From Eledone cirrhosa (lineage: Eukaryota): DNA of 64,000 nt. The notes under the pieces were generated by a model, which saw only the letters and a program-made list of their open reading frames with translations, made no database searches and was not told where the DNA came from. A program made the translations under genes and the position numbers. The stretch lies in contig OZ024743.1 of the NCBI GenBank assembly GCA_964016885.1, positions 372,062,001-372,126,000 of the forward strand, given 5' to 3'. This document shows positions 46,740 through 61,080 of this stretch, in pieces (position 1 is the stretch's first letter; every line of letters starts with the position of its first letter).

Positions 46740-49700
46740 CCCTTTCATTTAATATTTTTATATTTTCTTTTTTTGTAACTCGTGATAATCCAACATACAT
46801 CTGACCATGTGAGAATTGTGTTGGTAGATATACACCTATCTTTTCAAATGTCTGCCCTTGTGCCTTGTTGCATGTAAGGGCAAAGGCTGGTTTGACAGGA
46901 AATTATTTGCGAGTAAAGGTGAAAGGGAACTCAAGCTCTTGAGATTAGTGGTATCCTTGGCATTAGCAACCTTGTTCCAGCATTGGGACCCAATGCCACT
47001 TCAACTTCAATTACATGATTATGTAAACTGATGATGATGTAGCATGTACCATTGCAATGCACGTTTAGAGGATCCAGATTTCTCAAAAGCATGACGCAAC
47101 TGCCTTTCTTCAGTTTAAGTATGTGTGTTGGGATGCCTGATGGGGTAAGTTTGTTGATGAACTCAATTGGATATTGCAGTTAATTATTTACTGTATCAGA
47201 GCTTCTGTAGATTACTTTATGACCATGAACTCATTCGCCAATCTTGCTGCATCATTTGTTGGAGTGACAATGGCTCTATTTGCAAGCCATAGTGGGTTTG
47301 TGTAGTTTGCTGGAAGATTTGTATACACAAAATCACACAGTCCAGACACATTACCATATTCCAGACAAAGTTCATTTGGCAGAAGGATTGTGAATGCACC
47401 TACAGTTGGAACAGTTGGAATGTTACCATTTCCCACATCAAGAAGGTAGTTTGCAAACTGTCTTTCATCAGAGGCCTCTGCATTAATTAGCCGTTGATTG
47501 GTCGTCATCTCCATGGTTTCCACATAGTCCCAGAGATAGGATCTCTTGATGGTTGCTACAACTATTTGTGGTCTAGCACCACGATGTACAACTGGAAGAA
47601 ATTGCTTCCAGTCACCAGATAGTAATACTGTTAGACCACCAAATGGCTTTTTGCAATCTCGAACATCTTTGAAGCTCCTGTCAAGGCATGCAAAGATAGG
47701 CTTATGTCCCATACCTATCTCATCAATGATTAGCAGGTCAGCTTGCTGCATAAGTTTACCTGTGGCATCCCTCTTTGTGAAGAAGCAAGTTGATTCAGCA
47801 GTCACATTGAGAAGAATCTTGCACTTGGAATGAAGAGTTCTACCTTTGTGAAGCCAAGTGGCTGCTATTCCAGATATGGCAGTGGTAAGTGTAATTTTAT
47901 TTTTAGATCGGAGGTAATCCAATAGGATATTGATGACATAGGTCTTCCCTGTACCTGCACTTGCATTCAAGCAGAAAATTCTACCTTCATTTTCATTTAC
48001 AGAGGTGATTACTTTGTGAAATATAACCAGTTGCTCAGGATTCAATGTTGGCAGAAGTTCATTTATGTTTACTTGCAGTTGGTGTGTATTGAAATCAGTC
48101 TCTGCCATAAGAACCCTGTTGATTTCTGGTATGGCAACAATAGTTGGGTCTGGCCGAGGAAGTCCATAGTTGACATGAATATCCAAGCCATCATGTTGAA
48201 GTCTTTGTTGGATCTTCTGTAGAACAATCTGCACGGTTTGCATGGACATGACTTGCTCATGACGTTCATGCATGATATCCTCTGCAAGACAGACAATTCT
48301 TCCATTTCTCCCAGAACTGCAGAGGGACATTTTCTTTCAGACATTTTCTGTCATACTTGATCTTGAAGACTCTTGCACAAATATCAGGACGGTCTCTAGG
48401 TTCTTCACCAGGGTGCAAACTATTTTTTATTTCATCCCAGTTAGGGTTAGTTGTTACCGTGATGAAATAAGATGGCTTTCCCATGTGTCCAACCACAGTC
48501 ATTGAATTCTGAAAGCACTTACTGTAGAAGCAAGGGGAACCATAGATTGAAGGAGGAAGAACAATTCTTCGGCCTGCATTTACTGAATCTCCTTCAGCCA
48601 CAGCATCATACAAACCCTCATACTTTCAGCTCGTATCATGGTTTGATTGTTGCGGGCCCATTTTAAGTGACAATGTTCTATTTTTGCCTGGACCTCTACA
48701 GAATATTGCTGCATCAGCCACCTGCTCTTCATGATAATGTTACAGTCACCTTGCCTAACCTGAAACCGATAACAGTAGAAATCAGTGGGTCTGAGTGTGT
48801 GGTTGTTGTCAATCCTTTTCAAACCAACCTGAAACCTATCATTCCCTCCAAAAAACAGTAGCACATAATGCAGAGGATCATAAGAATGGTGCAACTGATG
48901 AATCCTCTGAAGACCACCATCTCTTTTATGAATGATGACTTCCAAAAGACCTAATGCTGTATCAGGTTGAATAACAGCAATCTCAGATGCCAGGGGAAGA
49001 TTATATGTGCGACAATGAAAATCAGTGGAGTTTACTTTGTCAGCATGTAGGACAATATTCACATTTTCAGAGACTAGCATTTCAATGACTGCCTTGAAGC
49101 TTCTTATAGAGGTGTTGCAGTAGTGCAAGTCTTCCTGCAGGTCCTGCAGGACAGCAGCATCTAAATTAGCATGATGCAAGCGATTCTGAAGCTCATGATC
49201 TGTATCATAGAAGTAAAGCTGCGCAAACTTGGGTGAAGCATCACTTGGAAGTAGTGATCCAATAATGTGATAAACCTTACCTTGGATAGGGGACTAAATC
49301 CTGGGTCTCTAATCTCTTTGCGACCAATTGCAGCTAAGGCAAGCACATTGTTATATGCACGTATCTTATGGAGAAAAGAATTTCCTGCTTGAGTGATATC
49401 GAAATATTTCAGTATATTTGGTGGAGGAGGAGGAAGTTGAGGGAGTTTCACTTTTCCCTGGAAGCAGCACAGAGATTTGGGTTCATGTGGCCAGCGATAA
49501 GCTTTGTAGTGCGGACAGAACAGAGGCAAAGAGACTCCCTGCATTATGTTGTGGCATTATGGAAAGAACATTTTGCTCTTGGAAAGGGTCATCTGTAGGA
49601 TTCTTTGCCAGACCTTCAATTGACCTGTTCCTTCCTCTCCGAACGTTTGGTGAATTTGTTGCAGGTTGTTGTTGGTGTGTTAACTGAACTACATTTGTAG

Positions 49701-49860
49701 AAATTTGTTGCGATGTTGTAGAGCGATTATTGTTTGATTGATTTGCCTTCGTCTCTCTTTGTCATTGTGCGTCTGCTGCCATGCGTTGGGATTTAGATGA
49801 GAAATGTTTTCTGCATCCCATATTCACTTTCTGTCATGTATGTTATCTCTACAGTGAAAT
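46740..49860 (-). mobile_element. Degenerate Helitron Rep/Helicase coding region
   Basis: LCCFQGKVKLP, IRAYNN.LA, SYDPLHYVLLF, RRIVLPPS..GSP, GKPSYFITVTTNPNWDEI (Rep); LNASAGTGKTY, LIIDE, PFGGLTVLLSGDWKQ.LPVV (PIF1 helicase); frameshifted. Confidence 0.92.
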
Positions 49861-49914
49861 CTTACAAATAAATATATGTTAAAACAAAAAAATAAATATA
49901 AATATATATATACA

Positions 49915-52900
49915 TACATTCTCACACATATGTATATACCTTATATTATATATACATATACTAACTATTTAAAAACTATCTAGTTATAATAAACTAATTA
50001 AATAAATGTTTTTAACCCCCTCCACACAAGTTTAAAAGATAACAATTATATAACCAATAATATTTTATATACTCTATAATGATTAATTTATAACACTACT
50101 ACAATATTAAAACAACCCTTAATTTATCAACAACCTTAATTACCTCCCTTTGTTATTAACCCCCTTTACAACTTCCTGTGTAAACTTATAAAATTAAACA
50201 ACATAACGGTTCACCAACAGCTCAATAACGGTTAATACAAACCCTAGAAAAGATAATTTGTAGAAAAAAAATGCATAAGATAATATACCTAAAATAACAA
50301 CATGGCCAGTAATTCAGCAGAATTTACATTTAACAAACAAACACCTATTGACTATAATCGACTCAAAATAATCCCATGGTTAATAGCTGTGAGTAACAAA
50401 CAACATATACACATACATACGAACTACAACACAAAAACACTTAAATGAAAATCACATACCCAACTCTATCATGTGCTTTGCATTACACCTTACATAACAA
50501 ATACCTTCATTATCACCACATGCCTCTCTAACAAATTGCACACTATCTTAAACATTTATAACAATTATAACATGCTATAACACCCCACACAAAATATGTG
50601 TACTTCAACTGCATTATAAAAGTAAAAACATATATAGCCTAGATTACGATACATATAGAGAATTTATATATAAAGAACTTTATAGGAACTACAAAAAAAC
50701 ATCTCATAAAAACCTGGATGACATAAATATTGAAGCCTGTAGTTTAATATGTAAATTAGGACTAGAGAGATATACTCAACCGTACACCCCTAATCCCCCA
50801 CGATTCTCTCTGAAAGACCATAAGGATGACTTCAATACTAACCCCTCAATTAGACTTATTTGCCCATCCAGATCCGACATTGGTATTATTAGTAAAAAAT
50901 TTTTAGATAAAGTAATCCCCCAAATTAAACAAAAAATTCATTTTAACCTCTGGGGAAACACTAGTGAAGTAATCGAATGGTTTAATGGTATTAATGAAAA
51001 TAATAATAAGAACATACGTGAACGGCAAAGCATAAGCGAACTAAGGAAAACATTAGAAATAAGAGGGATCAGATGTTGTTTACTCGAGAGAAGGCTATGT
51101 TGGTATGGTCACGTGATGCGCATGAAAGACGACAGCTGTATAACAAAGTGCAGGGCAATAAAGATAGACGATAGCTACGGAGTAGGCAGACCCAGAAAAA
51201 CCTGGGACGAGCTGATAAATTCCGACCTCACACACTTACACCTCTCCAAGACAATATCACTGGACCGAGACCTTTGGCGGTACTCAGTAATAGAGAAGAC
51301 CCGCCTTACCTAAATACAAAGTAAAACCTACTACAGTCAGTAGGCATCTCTAACAAAATACACCCCGTCCCACCACCCCCACCCCATCCACACCACCCCT
51401 TTCAATGTAAAGATATGTTGGTGCCACAACATCCAGGCCGAAATAAATGAGATCGTGTAGGTGTCATGACAAAAAAACACACAGTCCACGCTGTAATGTG
51501 GCCGTGTAGGCAACACGGTAAAAACCTCCCAGCCCCACACTGTAAATGTGGTTGGTGTTAGGAAGGGCATCCAGCTGTAGAAAACCTGCCAGACAGTCCA
51601 CGCTGTAATGTGGCCATGTAGGCAACACGGTAAAAACCTCCCAGCCCCACACTGTAAATGTGGTTGGTGTTAGGAAGGGCATCCAGCTATAGAAAACCCG
51701 CCAGACAGTCCTATGCGAGCAAGGCAATCACTCTTGCCTAAAGTGGGAAAACCCCCGTCCAAACCCATGCAAGCGTGGATCACGGACGTTAAACGTTGAT
51801 GATGATGATGAAATTCATCCAATTTGATATAAACTCCTACTACACCTCTATTTCACCTATCCTCCTAAATAAAGCACTAATAACGGCCATGAACAATAGT
51901 GAACTCACTAGATCCCAGGTAGATATAATCCTTGTGGCCAGGAAAACAATAATTAAATTTGAAGACCAACTAATGGACCTGCAAGAATACACCCAACAAC
52001 TTCTATATCACCATGGGATCTAGTGACTCAGCACAGGTAACCGACTTAGTCGGTCTATTTCTCTTAAACAAAATACACAAGAACCTACCTTACCTCAACG
52101 GTGGCCTCTACCGAGACAACACACTTTTCCTCTTAGACTATAAAAAGTTCAATATAGAAAGAACTAGAAAACAATTACATAAAATATTTAAAAACTATAA
52201 CTTAGGTATCACTTTAGATAAACACACCAAAAATGTTAACTTCCTAGACGTCACTCTCTACTTAGACTCTAAAAACTACACACCTTATCATAAACCTAAT
52301 GAAAAACTCTTCTATGTTATTACCAACTCTAACCACCCTAAATCTGTACTGACCTCAATCATTAAAGGAGTATCTAATAGAATCTCTAGCTTTTCTTACA
52401 ATGAGAATATATTTAATCATAACTCCCAATACTATAATGAAGCCTCAGCCTGTTCCGGCCATAGAGATAAAATTAAATTTAAACCTAAATCGTCAACCAC
52501 CCATAGACAACCTAATATAATTTCACACAACATGGTCATGAATAAAAGTACATATGATCATAGTATTGAAAATCCTGACTCCTATACAAAGGGCACCATA
52601 AAAAAGTTAAATCACGCCACAGCAATAATCCTAAGAAACACCACAGAAAGAAAATATAGATAGGAAGGAACCTAACACCACACTAAACAGTAGTATGAAT
52701 AACAACCATAAGAAGAATAGAAGAAGTAGCACATTTTTTAACCCTCCGTTCAACTTAAATGTATCAACAAACATACCAAAAGCTTTCTTCTCTACTTTCT
52801 TCTCTACCAAAACTTCCCAACTAACCATAAATACCACAACCTATTTAACAAAAACACAATTAAAATATCCTACTCCACCACGCCTAACATAGCACACCAT

Positions 52901-53557
52901 ATAGCCAGCACCAACAAGAGAAAGATTGAAAAGTACTTCAAATTACACCAAAGTAATAATGTCCAGCATAGAAATAACCTGAACAATAACACAGTACAAG
53001 ACCATACAGCAAGTTACACTAATAATACCAATAATAATAATACTTACCATAATCATAACACTAGAAGTAGAAACAGAAACAACCACTCAAATGCACACCC
53101 CCTTAACCAGTATACTAGTTACCAAAACAATTGTAACTGTAGGCCTAACAAGACATGCCCATTAAATAAGAACTGCCTAATTAAAGACATTGTCTACTCT
53201 GGTACAGTAACCGCTAATCACATCTCGAAAGTATATATAGGCTCAACATCGAATAGCTTTAAGACCAGATATAATTCACACTTTCATTCGTTCAGAAATC
53301 CTAAACTTAGAAACGTAACCTCAATATCCACATACATACACTCATTAAAATCATGTAACATACCATACACCTTAAAATGGGAAGTGATAGCTAAGGCCCC
53401 TTCATATAGACTACCTAACAAATTTTGTAACCTTTGCATCCTTGAGTCTAAAAATATTATTCACTCTAACCTTAGCCTACTAAATAGGAAATCAGAGATC
53501 TTCTACACGTGTCCACATTACCATAGATTCTCGTTCCACTACTTCAAACCTAGTAAC

Positions 53558-53599
<42 letters not shown>

Positions 53600-53940
53600 T
53601 AAAAATAAAGACCAATGTTGGAGATAACACTAGACCCCCACCGTGTAATTTATCCAACAAGACCTTTATTTATCCAACTAGACCTTCACGAATATAGGAC
53701 TACACCTTAATTAAAAGACCACACTGACCTACATACAGTCAATAAACCCCTGTGTGATCTCTTACCTTATACAATTAAAAGATTTAAATAATATAGACAC
53801 TCTAATAAACTCTCAATATACAACACCAACTAAATAGCAGACAACTGTGTATAACTCCAATTACTCCAGTATATATTATGCAACTCACTATCCTGTCATA
53901 AAAAACTTCAACTATCTCTACACAATCTGTATGCATGCGT
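49915..53940 (+). mobile_element. Penelope-like element (RT plus GIY-YIG), degenerate, interrupted by RTE
   Basis: SLKDHKDDF.TNPSIRLICPSRSDIGIISK, KFIQFDINSYYTSI, MGSSDSAQVTDLVGL, GGLYRDN, VNFLDVT, YHKPN, FFNPPFNLNVST, CNC...CPL..CL, YIGSTS..FKTRY..H, CNLC. Confidence 0.9.
51011..51810 (+). mobile_element. RTE LINE 3' fragment inserted in PLE RT
   Basis: Splits ...WFNGINENN from KFIQFDI...; has a tandem duplication in its 3' UTR and a (GAT)n tail. Confidence 0.9.
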
Positions 53941-53954
53941 GTATATATATATAT

Positions 53955-54291
53955 GGAGGCACATGGCTTAGTGGTTAGAGCATTGGCCTTGCAATCGAAA
54001 GGTTGTGAGTTCAATTCTCAGACCTGGTGATGTGTTGTTTCCTTGAGCAAGACACTTTATTTCACATTGCTCCAGTTTACTCAGCTGTAGAAATGAGATG
54101 ATAGGGACTGGGTTCCCTATCATTCCACTGCAAAGTGGTCGTGGAGGTGCCACGGCAAAAAAGCACCCAGCACTCACTGTAAATGAGGTTGGTGTTAGGA
54201 AGGGCATCCAGCTGTAGAAATCAAGCCAGAATCAGTTCCCGTCCCACCCTTGCAAGCAGGGAAAAGTGGACGTAAAATGAAATGATGATGA

Positions 54292-54295
<4 letters not shown>
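53955..54295 (+). mobile_element. tRNA-derived SINE with RTE tail
   Basis: Highly similar to 19381-19750. Confidence 0.85.
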
Positions 54296-54341
<46 letters not shown>

Positions 54342-54344
54342 GGT

Positions 54345-55490
54345 GCAATAAGTAGCAACAAGTGCCCTCAAAATACTAGCTTTCAACTGCGCAGAGGGTC
54401 CTATAGAAATAGTGGACAGCTTCCGTTACCTGCGTGACAAAATCAGCAGTGGGGGAGGGTGCTCTGAAAGTACAGTAGCTAGAGTCAGAACTGGATGGAA
54501 AAAGTTCAGAGAGCTTATACCACTATTAGCCGCTAAAGGGTTCTCCCTAAAAATGAAAGGCAGGTTGTATGATGCCTGCATACGAACAGCAATGTTGCAT
54601 GGCAGTGAGACCTGGGCATTGTGTGCAGAGGATATACGCAGACTGGAGAGAAACGAAGCTTGCATGCTCCGCTGGATGTGTAATAGTAATATATGTGAAC
54701 GGCAAAGCATAAACGAACTAAGGAAAAAATTAGAAATAAGAGGGATCAGATGTTGTTTACTCGAGAGAAGGCTACGTTGGTATGGTCACGTGATGCGCAT
54801 GAAAGACGACAGCTGTATAACAAAGTGCAGGGCAATAAAGATAGACGGTAGCCACGGAGTAGGCAGACCCAGAAAAACCTGGGACGAACTGATAAATTCC
54901 GACCTCACACACTTACACCTCTCCAAGACAATGTCACTGGACCGAGAACTTTGGCGGTACTCAGTAATAGAGAAGACCCGCCTTACCTAAATACAAAGTA
55001 AAACCTACTACAGTCAGTAGGCATTTCTAACAAAATACACCCCCGTCCCACCACCCCCACCCCATCCACACCGCCCCTTTCAATGTAAAGTTATGTTGGT
55101 GCCACAACATCCAGGCCGAAACAAATGAGATCGTGTAGGTGTCATGACAAAAAAACACACAGTCCACGCTGTAATGTGGCCGTGTAGGCAACACGGTAAA
55201 AACCTCCCAGCCCCACACTGTAAATGTGGTTGGTGTTAGGAAGGGCATCCAGCTGTAGAAAACCCGCCAGACAGTCCACGCTGTAATGTGGCCGTGTAGG
55301 CAACACGGTAAAAACCTCCCAGCCCCACACTGTAAATGTGGTTGGTGTTAGGAAGGGCATCCAACTGTAGAAAACCTGCCAGACAGTCCTATGCGAGCAA
55401 GACAATCACTCTTGCCTCAAGTGGGAAAACCCCCGTCCAAACCCATGCAAGCGTGGAACACGGACGTTAAACGTTGATGATGATGATGAT
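54345..55490 (+). mobile_element. RTE LINE 3' portion (open frame 54412-54990)
   Basis: DSFRYL.D.IS..GG, LHGSETW, RRLRWYGHV, GRPRKTW; UTR with tandem duplication; (GAT)n. Confidence 0.92.
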
Positions 55491-55519
55491 GTGTGTGTGT
55501 ATGTGTATGCATGTGTGTG

Positions 55520-57565
55520 TGTCATCATCATCATCATCATCACCGTTTTACGTCCGTTCTTCCACGCTAGCATGGGTTAGACGGGTTGTCCTGTTGTGGG
55601 CAGTGTCTGGTCGGCTGACCATGCCTTGCTCATACAGGAACTGATCTGGCTTGATTTCTACAGCTGGATGCCCTTCCTAACACCAACCTCATTTACAGTG
55701 AGTGCTGGGTGCTTTTTCGTGGCGCCTACACGTCCACTTTACAGTGTGGGCTGGGTGCTTTTTTGCCGTGGCACCTCCACGACCACCTTGCGGTGGGGGG
55801 GGGGGCATATTGTTTATATGCTTCAGCATGTACCCATGGGAGGTCGGGTACCCTGTATTACTGCGTGACGCCAGAAGTCACGGTCGTGTGTCATTGACTT
55901 TGAGAGGTGTAGTTGGGTAAGGTCGGCTTTTATCACCTCATCCCAAGTCATCTTGGGTCTCCCCACTCCGCGGTTTCCATCAACTTCTAGTGCTCTGCAC
56001 CTTTTTATGCAGCTGTCATCCTTCATACGCATCACATGTCCATACCAGCGTAACCGCCTCTCCTGCACGCAGCATTTGATTCCTCTTATGCTCAGTCTCT
56101 CTCTCAATTCATTTATGCTTTGTCGTTCACGTATATTACTGTTACACATCCATCGGAGCATGCAGGCTTCGTTTCTCTCTAATCTACGTAAGTCTTCCAC
56201 CTTCAGCGCCCAGGTCTCACTACCATGCAACATCGCTGTTCGGATACATGCATCATACAGTCTGCCTTTCATTCTGAGGGAGAAGCCTTTTGCAGCTAGC
56301 AGTGGTAGTAGTTCCCTAAACTTCTTCCATCCCGTTCTTACCCTAGTTATTGTACTTTCTGAGCACCCACCTCCGTTGCTAATTCGGTCACCTAGGTAGC
56401 AGAAGCTGTCTACTGTTTCTACAGGGCCCTCCCAGAGATTGGTGGTACTTGTTTCCTGTGGCTGTTTGCTTGCTGTTTCAGCACAGCTGCTGCATGTGAA
56501 TCCTACATTCTTAATTAAGCTTCCTGAGATCCCGCTACATCTCTTGTGTACCCATTGTTTGCATTTGGGGCAAAGAATGGAGTTCCTACCTACACCTTTC
56601 CTACATACTGAGCAAGGCCATTTCCCTGAGGGGATCTGGGTTCTGTTTTCTCGTCTACTTATAAGGACCTTAGTCTTTGTCATGTTGACTTTGAGGCGCT
56701 TTCTCTCTAGTCCCTGCTTCCAGGTTTGGAATTTATTCTCTAGTTCTACCATAGATTCAGCTATGAGTGCGAGGTCATCAGCATACAGGAGTTCCCATGG
56801 GCATCCGGTCTTAAACTCCTCCGTTATTGCCTGCAGGACTATGATGAACAGGAGAGGGCTAAGAACAGAGCCCTGGTGGACCCCAACCTGTACGCTAAAT
56901 TCCTCGCTATACTCATTGCCAATCCTAACTTTGCTGACTGCTCCCCTATACATGGCTTGTACCGCTTTCACAAGCCATTCATCTACTCCTAGTTTTCTAA
57001 GAGCCCACCAGATTACTGCACGTGGAACTCTGTCAAAGGCTTTCTCAAGGTCGACAAATGCCAAGTAGAGTGGCTTACTTTTAGCTAGGTACTTTTCCTG
57101 TAATTGCCTCACAAGGAAGAGCGCATCAGTGGTGCCTTTCCCTGGAACAAACCCAAATTGCATCTCGTCTATATTCACCCGGTCCCTAATCAGCTGTGCT
57201 ATAACTCTTTCTGTTACTTTCATGACCTGGTCCATCAACTTTATACCTCTATAGTTTCCTCTATCTAGTGCATCGCCTTTACCTTTGTAGCAGTTGACAA
57301 TGATGCTACTGCACCAATCTTTTGGTATGGCCCCCTCTAGTATTACCTGGTTAACGATACGTGTGGTTATAGTGTGACCTACAGACCCAGATGCCTTCAG
57401 CATCTCGGCAGCTATACCCGATGGACCGGTTGCCTTCCCTATCTTCATATCTCTGATTGCCTTACTTACTACGCTGCCGCTGACTTGTACTGCTGGTCCC
57501 TCTATAGGGTCTACGTGGGGTAGGGTCTCTTCTTCCCATGCATTCTCCTCATTTAGTAATCTATC
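55520..57565 (-). mobile_element. Young 5'-truncated RTE LINE with uninterrupted RT frame
   Basis: ORF 55823-57619: NYRGIKL, QFGFVPGKGTTDALF, FVDLEKAFDRV, GVHQGSVLSPLLF, LLYADD, a C4HC3 Cys cluster, FCYLGD. Confidence 0.95.
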
Positions 57566-57604
57566 ATTTAGTAATCTCTGTGTATGTATATATATATATA
57601 TATA

Positions 57605-57752
57605 TACATTCTCACACATATGTATATACCTTATATTATATATACATATACTAACTATTTAAAAACTATCTAGTTATAATAAACTAATTAAATAAATGTT
57701 TTTAACCCCCTCCACACAAGTTTAAAAGATAACAATTATATAACCAATAATA
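57605..57752 (+). repeat. 148-bp direct repeat of 49915-50062
   Basis: TACATTCTCACACATATGTATATACC...TAACCAATAATA appears identical at both sites. Confidence 0.9.
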
Positions 57753-58040
57753 ATGTTCTAAACTAAAATTTGATCGTTTCAACACTTTGTATCTCGGCTC
57801 TGTAAAACACTTGAAAATTTGCATTGAGCCTTTTGTCATACCAGTAACTGGCTAGTACTTAGTACTACCCTACATATTTATAGTTATATCAAACATATAT
57901 AAATATAAATATTCTTATTACTATATATATATATATATTTATTTGCTCTATGGTTTTATATATCTTGATATATATACTATCCTTTTCGAGCCCTCTTCGG
58001 ATTTTAGTCTTCACATTTATTATTATTAATATATATATAT

Positions 58041-61000
58041 CATCATCATCATCATCATCATCATTTTACGTCCGTTTTTCCCTGCTTGCAAGGGTGGGAT
58101 GGGTCTTATTCAGCACAGCATCTCTCCACTTGTCACAGTCCTTCGTCATCTCCACCGTAAGTTTCAGCGATCTGAGGTCTGTTTTCTCACCACCTCTGCC
58201 TATGTTTTTCGTGGTCTACCTCTACCATGTCTTCCTTCAACTGGCATTTCCTGGCACTTCTTCACCCATCAGTCATCCTCCATGCGCATCACATGTCCAT
58301 ACCACCGCAGTCTCCTCTCTCGCACACTAAATTCTATGCCTCTCAGACACAGTTTCTCTCTCAACACATCCCTGCTGGGTCGTTCACGCACATTGACATT
58401 GCACATCCAACGGAGCATGCTTGCCTCATTTCTCACCAGCCGTTGCATATCCTCTGCAGTTGCTGCCCATGTCTCACTACCATGCATCATCGCGCTCCTC
58501 ACACAGACATCATATAACCGGCCTTTCGTACTCAGGGAGAAACCCTTCTTTGTCAGCAGAGGAAGCAGCTCCCTAAACTTCTTCCAACCCGTCCTTATTC
58601 TAGATACTATGGCCTCGGAACACCCCCCTCCCATGCTAATCTGATCTCCTAGGTACCAGAAGCTATCAACCACTTCTATAGCATCCGCCTGCATTTGAAA
58701 AATGTGTCTATCAATGCAACTTCTACTGTCTAATTTCCCTGTACATCTACTGCATACGTATTTCTCCCTACCTGTTAGTTTGCCTGCTATCCCACTACAT
58801 CTCTTGTGTACCCAGGATCTGCATTGTGTGCATTTTATAGAATTATGCCAGTTCCTTTTCTGCATATCGAACATGGCCATTTCCCTGATGGAATCAGAGT
58901 TTTGTCCTTTTTTCTACTCATCAACACTTTTGTCTTAGCTAGGTTCACTCTCAGCCTTCTTGCTTACAACTTCTGTTTCCATAGTCAGAATTTATTCTCT
59001 AGCTCCTCTACTGATTCTGCTATAAGAACCAGATCGTCAGCATAGAGAAGTTCCCATGGACAGCCAGTCTTAAACTCTTCTGTTATGGCTTGGAGGACTA
59101 TAATGAACAAGAGCAGGCTGAGGACCGAACCTTGATGTACTCCTACTTGTATCTGGAATTCCTCACTAAACTCCATTCCTACCCTGACTTTACTGAGAGT
59201 ACCTCTGTACAAAGTTTGCACTATCCTCACATACCTCAACACCTAGTTTCCTTAGCGACTACCAGATGACAGATTGGGGTACCCTATCAAAGGCCTTCTC
59301 TAGGTCAACAAAAGCTAAGTATAGTGGCTTATTCTTCTCTAAGAACCTCTCTTGCAATTGTCTCACCAAGAAGAGGGCATCTGTTGTACTTTTCCCAGGC
59401 ACAAAACCAAAGTGTATCTCATCTAGTTTGACACTTTCTCTAATTAGTTGTGCTAATATCCTTTCTGCAACTTTCATAACCCGATCCATCAGTTTTATAC
59501 CCCTATAATTGCTCTTCTCCAGAGCATCCCCTTTACCTTTGTAGCAATTTATGAGAATACTGCTGCACCAGTCTTTGGGTCCATATATAGACTGATTGAT
59601 GCGTGCAACCAGTTTAGTGCGTACGTCCCCTGATGCCTTCAGGATCTCAGCAACTATCCCTGACGGTCCAGTGGCCTTACCATTTTTCATTTCCTTAATC
59701 GCCTCTTGGACCCTATATTCATCAATCTCAATAGCTGATCCCTCTGTCGGGTCTATTGGGGGTAATTTATCTCTCTCCCATTCGGTCTCCACATTCATCA
59801 GTCTCTCATAATGACATTTCCAGGCCTCCTTTTTCTGATCATTCGTGACACTAAGTACACCGGTATCATTCCGGACACATTTATCTCCAACAACACCCTG
59901 ATTTGCATTGAGACACTGCACGCCTCTGATCTTCCTGTCGTAGAACATTAGCAAACCTCCTACTCTCAGCGCCCCTGCGTGCTAAGTACACCTGACATCT
60001 AGCTTCTCTCTTAGCGGCTGTATATCCTTCTCTACTCCCACCCTTTTTCCAAGCCTTCCATGCTAGTCTTTTGTCTCCAATGGCCCTATCTACCGTGCTG
60101 TTCCACCACCAGGTCACTCTCTGTCTGGTTGGAGCTCTGCTCCAGCCACAAGTTTCATCAGTAGCCTGCAGTAAGTTGTCACGTAAGAAATTCCAGTTAT
60201 CATTTATGTCATACGACACTAAATCGTCTTCTTTTTCGTCATACACATCTTGAAGGGCTTTCCTAAATTTGTATTTTAGTGGAAGGTCTTTTAGCTTCCA
60301 GACCTTTCTTCTCCACACCTTCCTGTATGTCTCATTCCATCTCTTGCTTACTGAGATATCACTAACGACTAACCTATGCTGTGGGGTACATTCTTCCCAA
60401 GGGTATGCCTTGGTATTTGACACCATCTGCCTGTCCTGCTGCCTAACTAGTAAGAAGTCAATCTGGCTTATGTGCTCGCCTGATTTGTGGTTGACAGGTT
60501 TCTGGAAGTTAGTGTTGCAAATGGTCAGTGTATTTGCATCACAAAATTCAAGAAGTCTCACTCCTTCTTCATTTCTTGAGCCGTAACCGTGCCCACCATG
60601 TACCCCAGTGTAACCATCCTGGCGCTGTCCAACATGACCATTGAAGTCCCCTGCTAGCATAACCATGTCTCCGTCCTCTGTCATTGCGGCTGTTTGTAAA
60701 AGTTGCTCGTAAAAGCAGTCTTTCTCTTCTTTGCCTAGGCCTCCCTGGGGAGCATAGGCAGAGATGATTGTCAGTAGTCTCCTGCCTACAACTAATCGAA
60801 GCTTAATTATTCGATTACTAACTCAAACTACCTCTATTGTCTTATTGATCCATCTCTCAGCCAGGAAAATGTCTACTCCCCCTAATCCATCATCCTTACC
60901 TACCTAGAAAAGCTTATAACTAAGATGTTTGCCTGCGATTAGTCTCACAGAGGCACCTCTCCATGCCTTCTCTCCAGCACCTCCGCTATTTCACCAGATC

Positions 61001-61080
61001 TACCTGTGAGAGTGCCAACATTAAGTGTCGCAACTCTGAGATGCGATGTCTTCATATTTTTGTTGTTCCTTTTCCTGTAG
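58041..61080 (-). mobile_element. Near full-length degenerate RTE LINE (APE endonuclease plus RT)
   Basis: LRVATLNVGTLTG, ISAYAPQ, LAGDFNGHVG, SQIDF.LVR, QHRLVV, FVDLEKAFDRV, LLYADD; frameshifts and an internal deletion near 58270. Confidence 0.92.

Noticed and set aside
57960-58015. Minus-strand CCGAAGA-GGGCTC-GAAA hammerhead-like core
   Set aside because: Core mismatch, too little stem II, and no convincing stems I and III.
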